Positions 8,904 to 20,449 of a stretch of 32,000 nucleotides of DNA are shown piece by piece. Numbering within the stretch: the stretch's first letter is position 1; every line of letters starts with the position of its first letter. Origin of the DNA: Candidatus Saccharimonadota bacterium (GTDB lineage: Bacteria > Patescibacteriota > Gracilibacteria > BD1-5 > UBA2023). The DNA is taken from positions 240,001 through 272,000 of the forward strand of contig BAAFHK010000002.1 in the NCBI GenBank assembly GCA_042852035.1, given 5' to 3'. The notes beneath the pieces are model-generated. The model saw only the letters and a program-made list of their open reading frames with translations, was not told the origin of the DNA and made no database searches. A program made the position numbers and the translations under genes.

Positions 8904-10547
8904 ATGCCACGCCTTATCCTCGCTTCGATTTGGTCGCTCTGACTACTTTCCGGATTTGTGCTTATTCTCGTGCTTATCGTGATGGGTTTTGCAGGAGTGG
9001 ATATAAACCTCCCATTTGCTATAGGGATTACTATTGTTTGGAATTTTATTGTTTGGCTTGCTGGACCACTTGTTTCAGATTTTCTCTATCAGTGGCTCTA
9101 TCGTGTCCAGTGGATAACTATCGAGTGACTCGAAAGTAAATCTCCAGAATCAGCTAAAGTTATACGTTCTGTCTGCCAAGAATATCATATCACTCTCCCA
9201 GAACTTGGAATAATTCCTGATAATAATCCCAATGCTTTCACCTATGGTTCAGGGAAGTGGAATAGTCGTATAATCGTGACTGAGGGGATATTTACCTTTC
9301 TTGATGAGAACGAGCGAGCTTCGGTATATGGACATGAGCTGGGTCATATCAAGAATAACGATTTTATCGTTATGACCATTGCTTCAACACTCGTCCAAAT
9401 TATTTATGAGATCTATTATTTTAGTAAGGAGGCGAGTAAGCGAAAGACATGAGGGAAAAAATGAAATCCATTTCCTCTTATTGCACTGGTGGCGTATGTA
9501 TTTTATGTGGTAGGGAACTATATACTTCTTTACCTTAGTCGTATAAGAGAGTACTATGCTGATGAATTTAGTGCCAAATATACCGATCCAAATGCTCTTG
9601 CTCAAGCCCTTATGAAAATCGCGCTTGGAATACTTGCTACCCCTGAGAACAATCGTCTAGTAGAATCAACCAAGCATATAGGGATAGCAAGTGTCGCTGT
9701 CTCTGAGGGTATTGGTCTCGTATATGCGAACTGTCAGAAAGTGAATAATTTTGAACCTCTTGCTCGAGCACTACTTTTTGATATCAAAAGTCCATGGGCA
9801 TGGGTCGCAGAACTTTCTTCAACTCATCCACTTACGGGAAAGCGCATTAAAGCTCTCATGAAGCTTACCACGAGTCCTTACTATGATCTCGAAAGAATCG
9901 AACAAAAATATCCCATCGATCAGTCTCGACTCTATGGTTGATTTTGGAAGGATGTATCACTTCTTATTCTTATAAAATTCCTTCCATGGATTGGGCTTGT
10001 TGGTTGATTCATGATTTCGCTTTGACGCCTCACTTCAGATAATTCCTGGATAGGAATTGTTGCAGGAGGGATATTTGGATTTGGACTGAGCCTCCTACTT
10101 TCTACCTATATGAGATATAATGATCTCAGTGAAAATCGAACTACCGTTCTCGAAGTAATGTCAGATGTGTATGCATCACCCGTTCGTGGAAAAAGAGTAG
10201 CTCTTTCTGGGACAATTATATGAAAGGGGATACCAGGGTATGTCTTCTCAGAAGATATGATGCTTCAGGATTCGAGCGGGCTTATGTATCTTGATTTTCA
10301 GAGCAAGGTTCCGGTGATTGGAAACCTCATTTTTAGCCTTACAAAAGTCCAAACACTCATAGATAAACCAGTAGAAACGACGGGTTGGTTCTTCCGAAGT
10401 ATTTGATCGAATGTAGTGGTAGATACAGTATCTCAAGGAACAAATGAGATTCATGGATGAGCAAAATTTTGGTGAAATATATCAGGTTTAGTGCTGTCGA
10501 TTATAGGATTTGCGTGAATTGCACTCGTTATGAGTTGAAGCATATAA
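8904..10547 (+). CDS. M48-family (HtpX-like) zinc metalloprotease with an extra C-terminal transmembrane and soluble extension (547 aa)
   Basis: N-terminal transmembrane helices are followed by HELGHIKNND (HExxH), a downstream EYYADEFSA and SSTHPLTGKRIKAL. Two more hydrophobic segments and a domain of about 130 aa follow. TAA at 10545-10547. Confidence 0.75.
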
Positions 10548-10619
10548 AACACTTTTCTTGAGAAGAGAAAATATTGCAAATAAGTGAAAAACTCGTAGAG
10601 TTTACATAAATTATAGTTT

Positions 10620-11177
10620 ATGTCTCTCTTCTCGATTCTCCTGATTTCATTTTCGCTTGCTATGGATGCCTTCGCAGTCTCAGTTTCTGCAGGGATTTCT
10701 CTGCGTAAGGCCATTTTTTGGAAATCATTTTTTCTAGCAGGAGTTTTTGCTATATTCCAAGCAATCATGCCTCTTATAGGATGGGCTGGTGGATATAGCA
10801 TCAGGAATATTCTTGAGCCGATTGATCATTGGGTTGCATTTCTTCTTCTTGGCTTTATCGGGGTAAATATGATTCGTGAAGCATTGGCAGGCGATGATGA
10901 AGATAAAAAAGACTATTTTTCCCTTCGATCACTTATGACACTTGGTATAGCTACAAGTATTGATGCTCTTGCGGTAGGTATATCGTTCGCACTTCTTCCG
11001 ATAGATATACTTACCACAGTATGTATAATATGATCCGTTACTTTTATTCTTTGCTTTCTCTGAGTATATGTTGGGGTAAAATTTGGTCACATGTTCGAGA
11101 AAAAGGCAGAGATACTTGGAGGTATCATTCTTATTCTTATAGGGAGCAAAATTCTCGGAGAACATCTATTTTTTTAA
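10620..11177 (+). CDS. mntP: Manganese efflux pump MntP (185 aa)
   Basis: Two MntP half-repeats are present: [14 protein letters not shown] and [16 protein letters not shown]. The protein is a multi-pass hydrophobic protein. TAA at 11175-11177. Confidence 0.85.
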
Positions 11178-11260
11178 TAGTAATTTATGGAACTTTTCTC
11201 GAAAAAATAGAGTGTAATCTCTGAAAAAATGGTAGTTGTGTTTAATTCTTTTTTATTCAT

Positions 11261-11977
11261 ATGAAGTATTTTTATTGAGTATTTATCCCATTTCTTCTAT
11301 TACTTGCTTCGTGTAGCTGAGGATATCCAATTGAAGATAAGGAAGATTTCCTTACTTTTGAAGCAAAAAATGGTTTTGAGATGCTTTTTGATTCAGGAGC
11401 AAAAAAAGCACTTCATGAGTATTACGAGTCAGGAACAGTTGTAATCAATGGATCATACTTTGGACAGACAACTTCCTCTGGATATTATCCAGCTTGAGTC
11501 TGGAGTATTCTTTGAGATGACTTTCATGATGATGATATTGATCTTTTAGACCCGAACCTGAGTCATATTGTTCTCTATGACCATGAGGGGTGATGGGTCC
11601 TTTTTCTTGATAGAGAGACTCCTCTTCCAGAGTGTGCAAAGCGTTCATCATGAGCAACGATTCTGTGTTCTATTTTTCAAGCCTGACCACTGGTTCTCAG
11701 TTGAGGAATACTTGAGAGTTTTGGTGATTCATGGCATGCAAATGGACCACATGAAAGAACCCTTATAGGAATAACGGAAGAAGGGAAGATATACTTTTTT
11801 CTTTTTACGGAGAAAGTAACTCTTACCGAAGCATGAGAAAAAATAAGGGAGAAATTCCCAAATGAGAATATGACTCTCTTGAATCTTGATGGTGGACCAT
11901 CAACAGCATATTTTGATGGAAGAGAATGATTTGGACAAAATAAAAAACTTCCTATAGTCTTTCGAATTCACATGTAA
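11261..11977 (+). CDS. Phosphodiester glycosidase (NAGPA/DUF2233) family lipoprotein (238 aa)
   Basis: A lipobox-like LLLASCSGG is present. Family blocks include VINGSYFG, GPHERTLIGITEEGKIYFFLF and LLNLDGGPSTAYF. TAA at 11975-11977. Confidence 0.65.
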
Positions 11978-11979
11978 TT

Positions 11980-12810
11980 ATGATAAAAAGAAATGTTGCT
12001 ATTATAGGAAATGGTGTATATGGAACAGCACTTGCTTTTCTCTTTGGAAAAAAACACGATATAACCGTATTTTGACGCGATATCAAAAATGAAAGTGAAT
12101 TTCCTATTTCGGATTTCTGAAAGCAGATCAAACATTTCGATTATCTTATTATAAGCATTACTACAAGGGGCTTAACAGATCTGCTTCCAAGAATTTATCA
12201 AAACATTTCGACTGATACCCATGTGATAATTGCGATGAAGTGACTTACATCGAGCTGACTTCTTCCTGTGGAGGAGTGTCAGAAACTCCTCCCCAATCAT
12301 CAAATAAGTGTGCTTTCTGGTCCTGGTTTTGCAGAAGAGATAGTAGCTTGAATTCCAGTCCATCTCGTACTAGCAGGAAAAAATTTTAGCGAAGACGAAG
12401 AAGAAGATTTTCTTCTTGATAGTCTAACCCTCGATTTTTCAGACGATATTATTGGAGTGAGTTGGTGTGGGGTTCTAAAAAATATTTATGCAATTGGTGC
12501 AGGGATAGCTTCCAAAAATGAGGAATTCGATCGATCGAGTTTTACGCGAGATGCGGTTCATGAGATGGCATCAATTTTGGTAAATTTGGGCTGAAGCCCC
12601 GAATCAGCACATGGTCCTGCGGGTCGATGAGATATGTGGATTTGCACAACCATACATTCGAGAAACTTCCGTTTCTGAAGAGGGGAACATAGCCTGAGAG
12701 ATCAGGCAGAAGGATACAATGCTCTTATAAATTTCCAAGAAAGATTTCCTCATATTTTTGAGGGTACGAATTTTCCAATATTGACAAGCATCAGAAAAAC
12801 AATACTCTAA
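11980..12810 (+). CDS. gpsA: NAD(P)H-dependent glycerol-3-phosphate dehydrogenase (276 aa, short form)
   Basis: Motifs present: IAIIGNGVYGTALA (Rossmann), LSGPGFAEEI, GVLKNIYAIGAG and GPAGRGDMWICTT..SRNFRFG. TAA at 12808-12810. Confidence 0.8.
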
Positions 12811-12814
12811 GGAT

Positions 12815-13918
12815 ATGAAGACTATTATTATAGATATTGCTCCACCGAGCCTCAAAGAAGAAGAGCTCCAGCACCGTATGGATGAGCTTGAGTCACTCGT
12901 ATCTACTTATGGATGAGTTACTATAGTGAGACGAGTACAGAAAAAATTTACTCCTGATTATAGAACATTTGTTGGATCAGGAAAGCTCGATGAGATTATT
13001 GCTTTATGAGCAGAGCTGGGGGCTGAGCTTCTTATTATTGGAAATATTATGAAGCCCGCTCAGGTATGGAATGTAAACGAGCATCTTCGTCTTGCAAAAT
13101 CAAAAATGAAAGCTTGGGATAGAGTTGATCTGATACTTAAGATTTTTGCTCTCCATGCTGTATCTCCAGAATCTAAGCTTCAGATTGAACTCGCAGCGAT
13201 TAAGCATATGGGTCCAAGAATTTTTGGTATGGGAATGGAACTATCCCGACAAGGAGGATGAGGAAGTGGTGCTATGCGAGGTTTGGGTGAGACCAATACA
13301 GAGATTATGAAGCGCCATCTAAAGGAAAAAGAACGTATTATACTCGAGAAACTTAAAACATATGAACGTACACGATCTTTGCATCGCGAGAATAGAAAAC
13401 GTAAAAATCTTTCTACTATCGGTATTGTTTGATATACGAATGCAGGAAAATCATCACTTTTTAATGCTCTAACTGGAAAAGGGGTTCTTGCAGAAGATAA
13501 GCTTTTTGCAACTCTTTGAACTTCTGTCTGAAAATTTTGGATAGGAAACAACGGGGAGTGACGAGAATATCTCCTGAATGATACTATAGGATTTATCCGA
13601 GATCTCCCACCTGACTTGATTGCAGCATTTACTTCAACATTAGAGGACTCTATAGAAAGTGATCTTATCCTTCATGTTGTAGATAGTTCTGATCCTTGGA
13701 TATTTGAAAAAATAAAAATTGTTGATACTACCCTTGATATGATCTGAGCGAGACAAAAAAAGATCTATGTCATGAATAAGGTTGATATGCTTACAGAGGA
13801 AAATATTACTCATGCTAAAAAGCAATTCAAAGACTTCAATCCTTTATTTGTATCGACCTACTCTCTTACGGGAATTGATGGCCTTAAGAAAAGAATTGAA
13901 GAAACAATAAAAAATTAG
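12815..13918 (+). CDS. hflX: GTPase HflX (367 aa)
   Basis: The HflX N-domain has [20 protein letters not shown] and [15 protein letters not shown]1 is [17 protein letters not shown], with TGA at 13430-13432 on the Gly. Also present: DTIGFI and NKVD. TAG at 13916-13918. Confidence 0.9.
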
Positions 13919-14473
13919 CTACTGCTTTTTTTCAATGATTTGCCCCGTTCTTTTGTCGATAATAATTTTTCTTGTTGGAAAATTATATCCTACACGAATC
14001 TCGAGGAGGGTATTAGCATTAATAGTTCCGGGTGACCCACTAAAAGTAATTCCAGAAGGTTCAATTACAAGTTTTCCCGTTCCGGTGTATGGAGTTGCTG
14101 ATCAAGACCAAGTAATACTTTTTATAACGTATTTTCGGTCTCATTCAAAAAATGGATTATTAAATGATCCAGAGTCAATTAGGGTTCCTCCACTGTAATA
14201 TTCAGTGAGAATTGACCCAGTGGAAAAGGTGATGATGGTTGTTTTTGCAATTCTTCAATCTTTTTTTGGCATTTTCCCAATACTTATATTCTGAATTTCA
14301 GTACGTACTCTTCATGCAATTCAAACCGATATAAGCTCACTTTTTTCGCTATCAGTTCGAGGATTCCAGTTAAAACGGAGTGCAAAAATAAAGAAAAATA
14401 TTAAAATGGTGATTGTTACCATCATTTCGAATATTGTAAAGCCAGATTTGCCTCCGTAGAATTGCCTTTTCAT
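13919..14473 (-). CDS. Type IV pilin / pseudopilin-like protein with a prepilin N-methylation motif (184 aa)
   Basis: The N-terminus is MKRQFYGGKSG/FTIFEMMVTITILIFFFIF, matching G|FT(L/I)xE plus a hydrophobic helix. The stop codon (13919-13921) directly abuts the hflX stop codon. Confidence 0.7.
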
Positions 14474-14531
14474 AACATTTTTTTATTATCAATTTTGTAA
14501 AGTGTATCTATTTTTTCTAAATCCTCAAGGT

Positions 14532-15182
14532 ATGAAAAGTCTTTTCAAGTCGATTTTTTCTCTTCTTCTTGTGTGCTTGACATGAAATCTCTTATTTGCT
14601 GCAGGGGTAACAGCGCCTCTTACTGTGACTTCAGTGAAAGTTACGGATAATAAACATATTCGAATTAATTTTTCAGAAGCAATTGACCCAGAAAGTGTTG
14701 TACTGAAGATAACTAAGCAATCCGATAATAGTGCAGTAACTCTTGATTCTATAAGTCCTGTTGATGACAATAAACAATCCGTTGACCTCACCCTCGATGA
14801 TGTTTTAGTGGAGGCAAGTTCATATACGCTTACTATTATTGCTGGTATTGGTGTATCTGGATCAACCATTACTGATGGTGCTTCCGCACTACTTGATTTT
14901 ATTACTCCAAGTCCTCTTAAGGTTTGGGGAGACGAAACTCTTAATGCACCGTCAAATCCAAATGCTGTGCTTACAGAACCAACTTCCACAACTCCTCTTT
15001 TGATTCAACAAACTCCCCCAGCAAGTTCATCTGGAAAAACTGACCCAGCACCAGTAAAACAAGTAGAAGCACCTGCTCCGGTTCCAACAGAAGAACTTCC
15101 CCTTACGGGACCAAACACTCTGTTTTTTCTTATGGTCTCGATACCACTCGCCTATTTCTTAATTAGAAGAAGGTCTATTTAA
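14532..15182 (+). CDS. Secreted surface protein with an Ig-like (SbsA/Big-type) region, a Pro/Thr/Ser linker and a C-terminal LPXTG sortase sorting signal (216 aa)
   Basis: The signal peptide is MKSLFKSIFSLLLVCLTGNLLFA. The C-terminus is LPLTGPNTLFFLMVSIPLAYFLIRRRSI, that is LPXTG, a hydrophobic stretch and a basic tail. TAA at 15180-15182. Confidence 0.75.
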
Positions 15183-15190
15183 TTTCTTAA

Positions 15191-15215
15191 TACCGAGCGC
15201 TCTCGGTATTTTTTT
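15191..15215 (+). terminator. Rho-independent terminator-like hairpin
   Basis: TACCGAG (15191-15197) pairs with CTCGGTA (15202-15208) around a 4-nt loop, followed by a T-run at 15209-15215. The ftsW ATG follows only 6 nt later. Confidence 0.65.
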
Positions 15216-15221
15216 CCTTTT

Positions 15222-16451
15222 ATGTATCGTAAAACCATTGATCCATACTTAGTTTTTATTGTCATGATGCTCGTCATACTCTGAGTGGTGATGATTAGTT
15301 CAGTGAGTGTATACCCTTCATTTAAAATAACTTCCCAATATGTTGCGAGAGGAATTCTTGAAGAGCCAAATAACTACTTTTATTTATCAAGAAATTTTCT
15401 TCATCTTACCATAGGTATAGCTGTGCTTACTTTTTTCACGAAGTTTACTTATACATATCTCGAGAAATATCATCGTATAGCTCTCATACTCGTTCTTTCC
15501 CTCATGTCATTGGTTCTTCTTATAGGTAAGGAATTAAATGGTGCAAAATGATGGATTGATATACCGTGACTTCCATCGATTCAGCCCGTAGAATTTGCCA
15601 AAATTGGGATTATTATTTTCTTAGCAGCTTTCATTAAGAGAAAAAGATCACTCATGTCGAGTTTTCAGGATGGTGCAGTTCCGTATTTTGCAATAGTTGG
15701 AGTGCTTTTTATTCTTCTTGCATTGCAACCGGATTTTTGATCTATACTTATTCTTGCTCCACTACTTGTTGCGCTCTATTATGTTGGAGGGGGAAATCCA
15801 CGATTTATAGTCCTTATATTTATAATAGCAGGTATTGGTGCTGGAAGTGTTTATGGTCTTGGGAAGCTTTGATGAGATGAGAGTAGAAGTAAGCTGTTTT
15901 ATATATCAAAGCGTATCGATAGCTTCTTTCAAAGCAGTGAAACTCTTTTTGCGAGTAAAGAATCAAGCAATCAAGATTATCAAATAAAGCAATGATTGAC
16001 AGCAATTGGATCTGGATGATTCTGATGACTCGGTTTTGGTAAATCTATACAAAAATTCTGATATCTTCCAGAAGTTCAATGAGATTTTATATTTTCTGTA
16101 TTTGTTGAAGAGTTAGGATTCTTGGGTGCTTTTTTTCTTATAATTATATATCTTACTATTATATATCGTTGATATCATATAGCGCGATGAGTGAAAGACC
16201 CATTTTGAAAGTACCTTGCATTTGGTATTACTACATTGATTCTCATTCAAGTATTTGTAAATATTGGAGTAAATCTGAATGTAATACCTCTTACCTGAGT
16301 TACTTTGCCATTTGTGAGTTATGGGGGCTCATCGCTTATTGCTCTGATGGCAGGTATAGGTATACTTCTCAATATTTCACGTTACGTAGAATTCAAATCT
16401 CAGTCAGGTTGATATGAGTTTGTAAAGAAAAGGAGGGTATATCATGAATAA
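15222..16451 (+). CDS. ftsW: SEDS-family peptidoglycan glycosyltransferase FtsW/RodA (409 aa)
   Basis: SEDS blocks: IQPVEFAKIGIIIFLAAF, IGSGGFGGLGFGKS, LPEVQGDFIFSVFVEELGF and PLTGVTLPFVSYGGSS. Many in-frame TGA fall on Gly. TAA at 16449-16451. Confidence 0.85.
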
Positions 16452-16452
16452 A

Positions 16453-16475
16453 AAAAGAGCTTTCAGAGCTCTTTT
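16453..16475. terminator. Bidirectional terminator filling the 25-nt gap between convergent ftsW and the ferredoxin gene
   Basis: AAAAGAGC (16453-16460) pairs with GCTCTTTT (16468-16475). An A-run lies on one side and a T-run on the other. Confidence 0.65.
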
Positions 16476-16476
16476 T

Positions 16477-16755
16477 TTATAAAGGATCACAATGTTCTTT
16501 AATGCCATTTAAGTATTCTCCTTTTTCATCGACTTCCTGCCAGCTTATTGCATTTACTGGACAGGCAGCAATAGAGTCATCAACATCCTGTCCTTCGTAG
16601 CTATCAAGATGCACAACACACGAAAGTCCGTTTTCATCGAGTTCAAATACTGTTCCAGATATAGCAGTACAAGCGCTACAACCAATACAGGTACTATTGA
16701 CATGAGGCTTTCTTTTGAGTTTATCTTTTAGGGTCTGGAGAGCTGATTCATTCAT
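16477..16755 (-). CDS. Small 4Fe-4S ferredoxin (92 aa)
   Basis: An intact standard-code ORF. It contains CIGCSACTAI (CxxCxxC) and a distal ACPVNAI (CP). Confidence 0.8.
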   Translation of the reverse strand: MNESALQTLKDKLKRKPHVNSTCIGCSACTAISGTVFELDENGLSCVVHLDSYEGQDVDDSIAACPVNAISWQEVDEKGEYLNGIKEHCDPL

Positions 16756-16827
16756 AATTATGCGAGTGGATTAAGTTTGCGTATTATAGGGAAATGCGTA
16801 TGATAATCAAGAATTTTTTACCCAAGA

Positions 16828-18111
16828 ATGAACCCAAGAATTACATTTGATATACCATTTCGGATTCTTTTGGTTATGCTCCCGTTTATGACGGTTCTTT
16901 CTATTTTTACCAGAGAGAAGCTCGGAATACCATGAATAACTTATATTAAAGAGCTGTTGATTTTCTTCATGCTTTTGACAGTACTTTGGTTCCATGTTAC
17001 CAGAAGAACACGAATCCGATTTCACATTATCGATGGATTGATACTTTCATATTTTTTGCTCATGATTTGAGTGTCACTTTTTACAACCTGAATATCAGGA
17101 GTGATATATGGGTGAAGGTATGATTTTTCTTTTTTGATTGGATTTCTCACGGTTTTTCATGGAGCAGTATTCCTCGAAAAACCAACTTCTTACTACATTA
17201 GACTTTTTCTTATCAGTTCAGGAGCAATGCTTTTTATAAGTGCCCTCTTGAAATGGCCGCTTTCTGAAGATTTATTGCTCTATCTCTGATACTCTTGAAA
17301 TCCTTCTAATTGGCAATTCTGATCTTCTATTCCGATTTTTCATGGAGTTGATGGCGCAAATGTGCGACGTTTTCAGGGTTTACTCGATGGTCCAAATACT
17401 ATGGGAGCGTACCTCCTTGTTTTCACCTGAATGCTTACCTATTATTTTCGCCATTACAAAAAATGGCACTTCTTTATAGGTTGTATAGTATTATGAATTT
17501 TTATACTGGTTATATACACCTACTCAAGAAGCGCACTTCTTTGATTTTTATCATGAGTATGAATAGTAATACTTTTCTTACTTCCTAAAATTTATAAGAA
17601 CTATCGTGTAGAATTTCTTTCCAGTGTTTTTATACTCCTGATGTTAGTAGGTGGAATTTTTGTGCAGTACTCTTGAACTATGAAGGCAATAGTCTGAAGA
17701 GCATGATCTACTAATGGTCATATAGAGCGTATGAAAATTGGAATTGAGAGATTTGTTGAGAAACCATTTTGACAATGACTTTGAAGTGCAGGCCCAGCAT
17801 ACCGCTACGTTCAAAATCTCGAAAATAAGGATCGGAAGGAGATTGAAGAGATCGATAAGAAATACATACCAGAAAGTTGGTATATTCAACAAATGGTTGA
17901 AGGATGATTCCTTGGTCTAATTCTTTTCCTTTTCATCGTCTCAATGATTCTCTATAAGCTTTTCCGAGAAAATATTTTACTTGCTTGAATGTTTTTTTCT
18001 ATTTTAGTCATGAATTTATTCTTGCATACATTTGAGTCATCTATCGTTTCATTACTTCTTTTTTCTCTCATAGGACTTATTCTTGCTCCGCATGAAAAAA
18101 AATCTAGATAA
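16828..18111 (+). CDS. O-antigen ligase / Wzy-like polytopic membrane protein (427 aa)
   Basis: About 10 hydrophobic segments. Wzy_C-like blocks include YTYSRSALLGFL and GHIERMKIGIERFVEKPFGQGLGSAGPA. TAA at 18109-18111. Confidence 0.7.
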
Positions 18112-19237
18112 TAAAATTCATATACTTTTTTGTTCACGACTTGTGAAAGAAAAAGGAGTAGATATTCTTTTAGAAGTAATAAAGAAGTGTCTATCGGACC
18201 CTCTCTTTTCTGAGAAATGTATCTGGCATATAACGAGTGACTGAGATTTTGTGAATGAAATAAAAGATTTGAGCTCTCAACATGAAACAGAAGTAAAATA
18301 TTATGGAAAAATTTCACAAAATGATCTTGCTTCGCTTATGAGAAGGGTAGATTTTCTTTATATGCCTTCTCGATTTCTTGAAACATTTTGACTCACTGCC
18401 CTTGAATCACTCGCTTGTTGAACAGGAGTAATCGGTTTTAAGAAGGGTGGCCTGAGGGATTTTATTGCTGATGATTGTTCTCTTGATGAATCTAATCCAA
18501 TAGAATCAAGTATGAATTTTCTGAAATATTATTTATCATGAAATTATCAATCCAAATCTATTGAAATTCAACCGTATGCGAGAGAAAAATGGGCACAATG
18601 ATTGAAAAAGATATTTCCAGTCGAATCAAATATCTTTATTCTTCATGACTATAATGAGCGAATTTGATGAGCAGAGGCCTATATTGATAATCTCTGTGAT
18701 TATCTTCCGAATATTTCATATCGTATAGTTCGTTCAAGTTATCAGGGATTAACATCGCCCATAAAAAGAAGAGTCATGTTTATCTTCTCGATTTTTGCAT
18801 TCTGGAGATGAATTGTTGTGAAAAGGAAGTTGTCTTTAGTAAAACCAGATATTATATGGATGCATTCGATTCTTAGGTATTATTGATATTGGTGACTGAG
18901 ATCAGTAGCAAAATATTCTCAGAGAAATAATGTTCCAGTCTATCTGAGTCATCATGATGTTTGATTTATTACACCATTTCCTCAGTTTATTTACAGTGAA
19001 TCACAAATTCCAATTAACGCCTCACTCCAGGAGTTTCTTAGAGGGTTGAAATGAAAACGGAGGTTTATTGCCATTTTCAAATGGCTTTATATAAGGCTTT
19101 TACGAAATGCCTTCCCAAAGAATATGAAACATATAATATTTTCCTCGTTCCTTAAAGATCATATAATGAATCATTTTCAAGGTGCTTCAGTGCATATTCT
19201 TCCGCATACCTATGATGAGAATATTTTTCACCTATAG
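18092..19237 (+). CDS. GT-B (GT4-like) glycosyltransferase with its two Rossmann domains in swapped order (381 aa)
   Basis: Residues 1 to about 150 look like the canonical C-terminal domain: ILFCSRLVKEKGVDILLEVI and FLYMPSRFLETFGLTALESLACGTGVIG. Residues from about 185 to the end look like the canonical N-terminal domain: IFILHDYNERIGGAEAYIDNL, KPDIIWMHS, VPVYLSHHD and VHILPHTYDENIF. Overlaps the upstream gene by 20 nt. TAG at 19235-19237. Confidence 0.65.
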
Positions 19238-20308
19238 TTAATCTATCGGACATCATTCCCATGAAATCTCTGAATTTTCGGGATTATATGAGGATATTTT
19301 TGATCAGAGAAGGGGAGAGTGTTCAGATCGTATTGTCTGAAGTATTCATTCGATGTCATCGATTGATTCAACATGCACTAATCTTGTTCGATATTCTTTC
19401 ACTCATGGGAAGCCGTGGAGGTATTGCACGAGATGCTTTCGGGCTTCCATCATTCCTTTTCTTACTTTTGTTTCCCAAAGAAGCTTTCCATGAAGAGACA
19501 TAATCGTGAGTATCTCTTCTAGAGTTGGCTCGTAATTTCCAGGAAGAAAACACCAAGGATTTCAAAATGATGCTCGACCAATCATGAATCCATCTAAATT
19601 CTTGAGACAGCTTTCCGTTGTATTTAAACTTTGTTCGTTTCTGTTATTGGGATGGATAATCTTTTTTACTCCATCTTCATAGCTTAAGATATCGCCATTA
19701 CATATGACAGGAATTTTTACGTGTTGCTTGAGATCATATATGCCAGTAAAATCAGCCTTTCAGGTAAATGCTTGTTTGTAAGTTCGACCGTGGACACTAA
19801 TAAGGTTAGCTCATGCATTCTCGAGTCCTTTTACAAAGTCTACAAGGAGTTCACTATTTTCCCAACCGAGTCGTGTTTTTACAGAAATAGGAATTTTTAC
19901 TGCAGAAGACATTTCTTCCACAATCCGAAAAGCGGTATCTCGATTGATCATGAGTGAAGACCCATGTCAGCTTTTTACAACCTTCTTTGCTGGACATCAC
20001 ATATTAATATCTATACCAGTTATCCCATAGGACTCAATTATCTTTGCTGCTTCTCGAAACATGGCAGGATCCTTTCAGAAAATTTGAATTATGAGAGGAT
20101 ATTCGTTGCTCTTATGTGTGAGAGCTCGCTTCTGGAGCTCTTTTGAGTGAACTAGTCCATCAGCTGAATAAAATTCTGAGAATACTACCGTCTCGGGCGC
20201 TATACTCTTTACAACTTGTCTATAGGGGCTATCTGTATACCCATCCATTGGGGCAAGTGCCATTATCGGTCACTTTTCAGCGAGATGTTTCCAAAATTCT
20301 TTGTTCAT
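19238..20308 (-). CDS. dus: tRNA-dihydrouridine synthase (356 aa)
   Basis: Under code 25 the frame extends upstream of the tracked Met to MNKEFWKHLAEKGPIMALAPMDGYTDSPYR, a typical Dus N-terminus. Other blocks: IDINMGCPAKKVVKSGHGSSLM, ISVKTRLGW, ISVHGRT and MIGRASFGNPW. The stop (19238-19240) abuts the glycosyltransferase stop. Confidence 0.85.
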
Positions 20309-20449
20309 CGGGCGAATTTATATCGAAAAAAATGAGAAAATCCAATGTTTTTTATGTACTAATCAAGACTTATCTTGGGAGTCAAGTCTCATTTTTCGCA
20401 ATATTCCTTTCTATATGCTATTATTCTCTTAATTCATACCAATATACCT

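Noticed and set aside
10548-10619. A yybP-ykoY manganese riboswitch upstream of mntP
   Set aside because: The gap is only 72 nt and has no obvious four-way-junction-forming repeats, so it is too short for that riboswitch.
14525-14989. A 154-aa - strand ORF, and likewise the 13180-13551 - strand ORF
   Set aside because: Both are antisense shadows, of the LPXTG protein gene and of hflX respectively.
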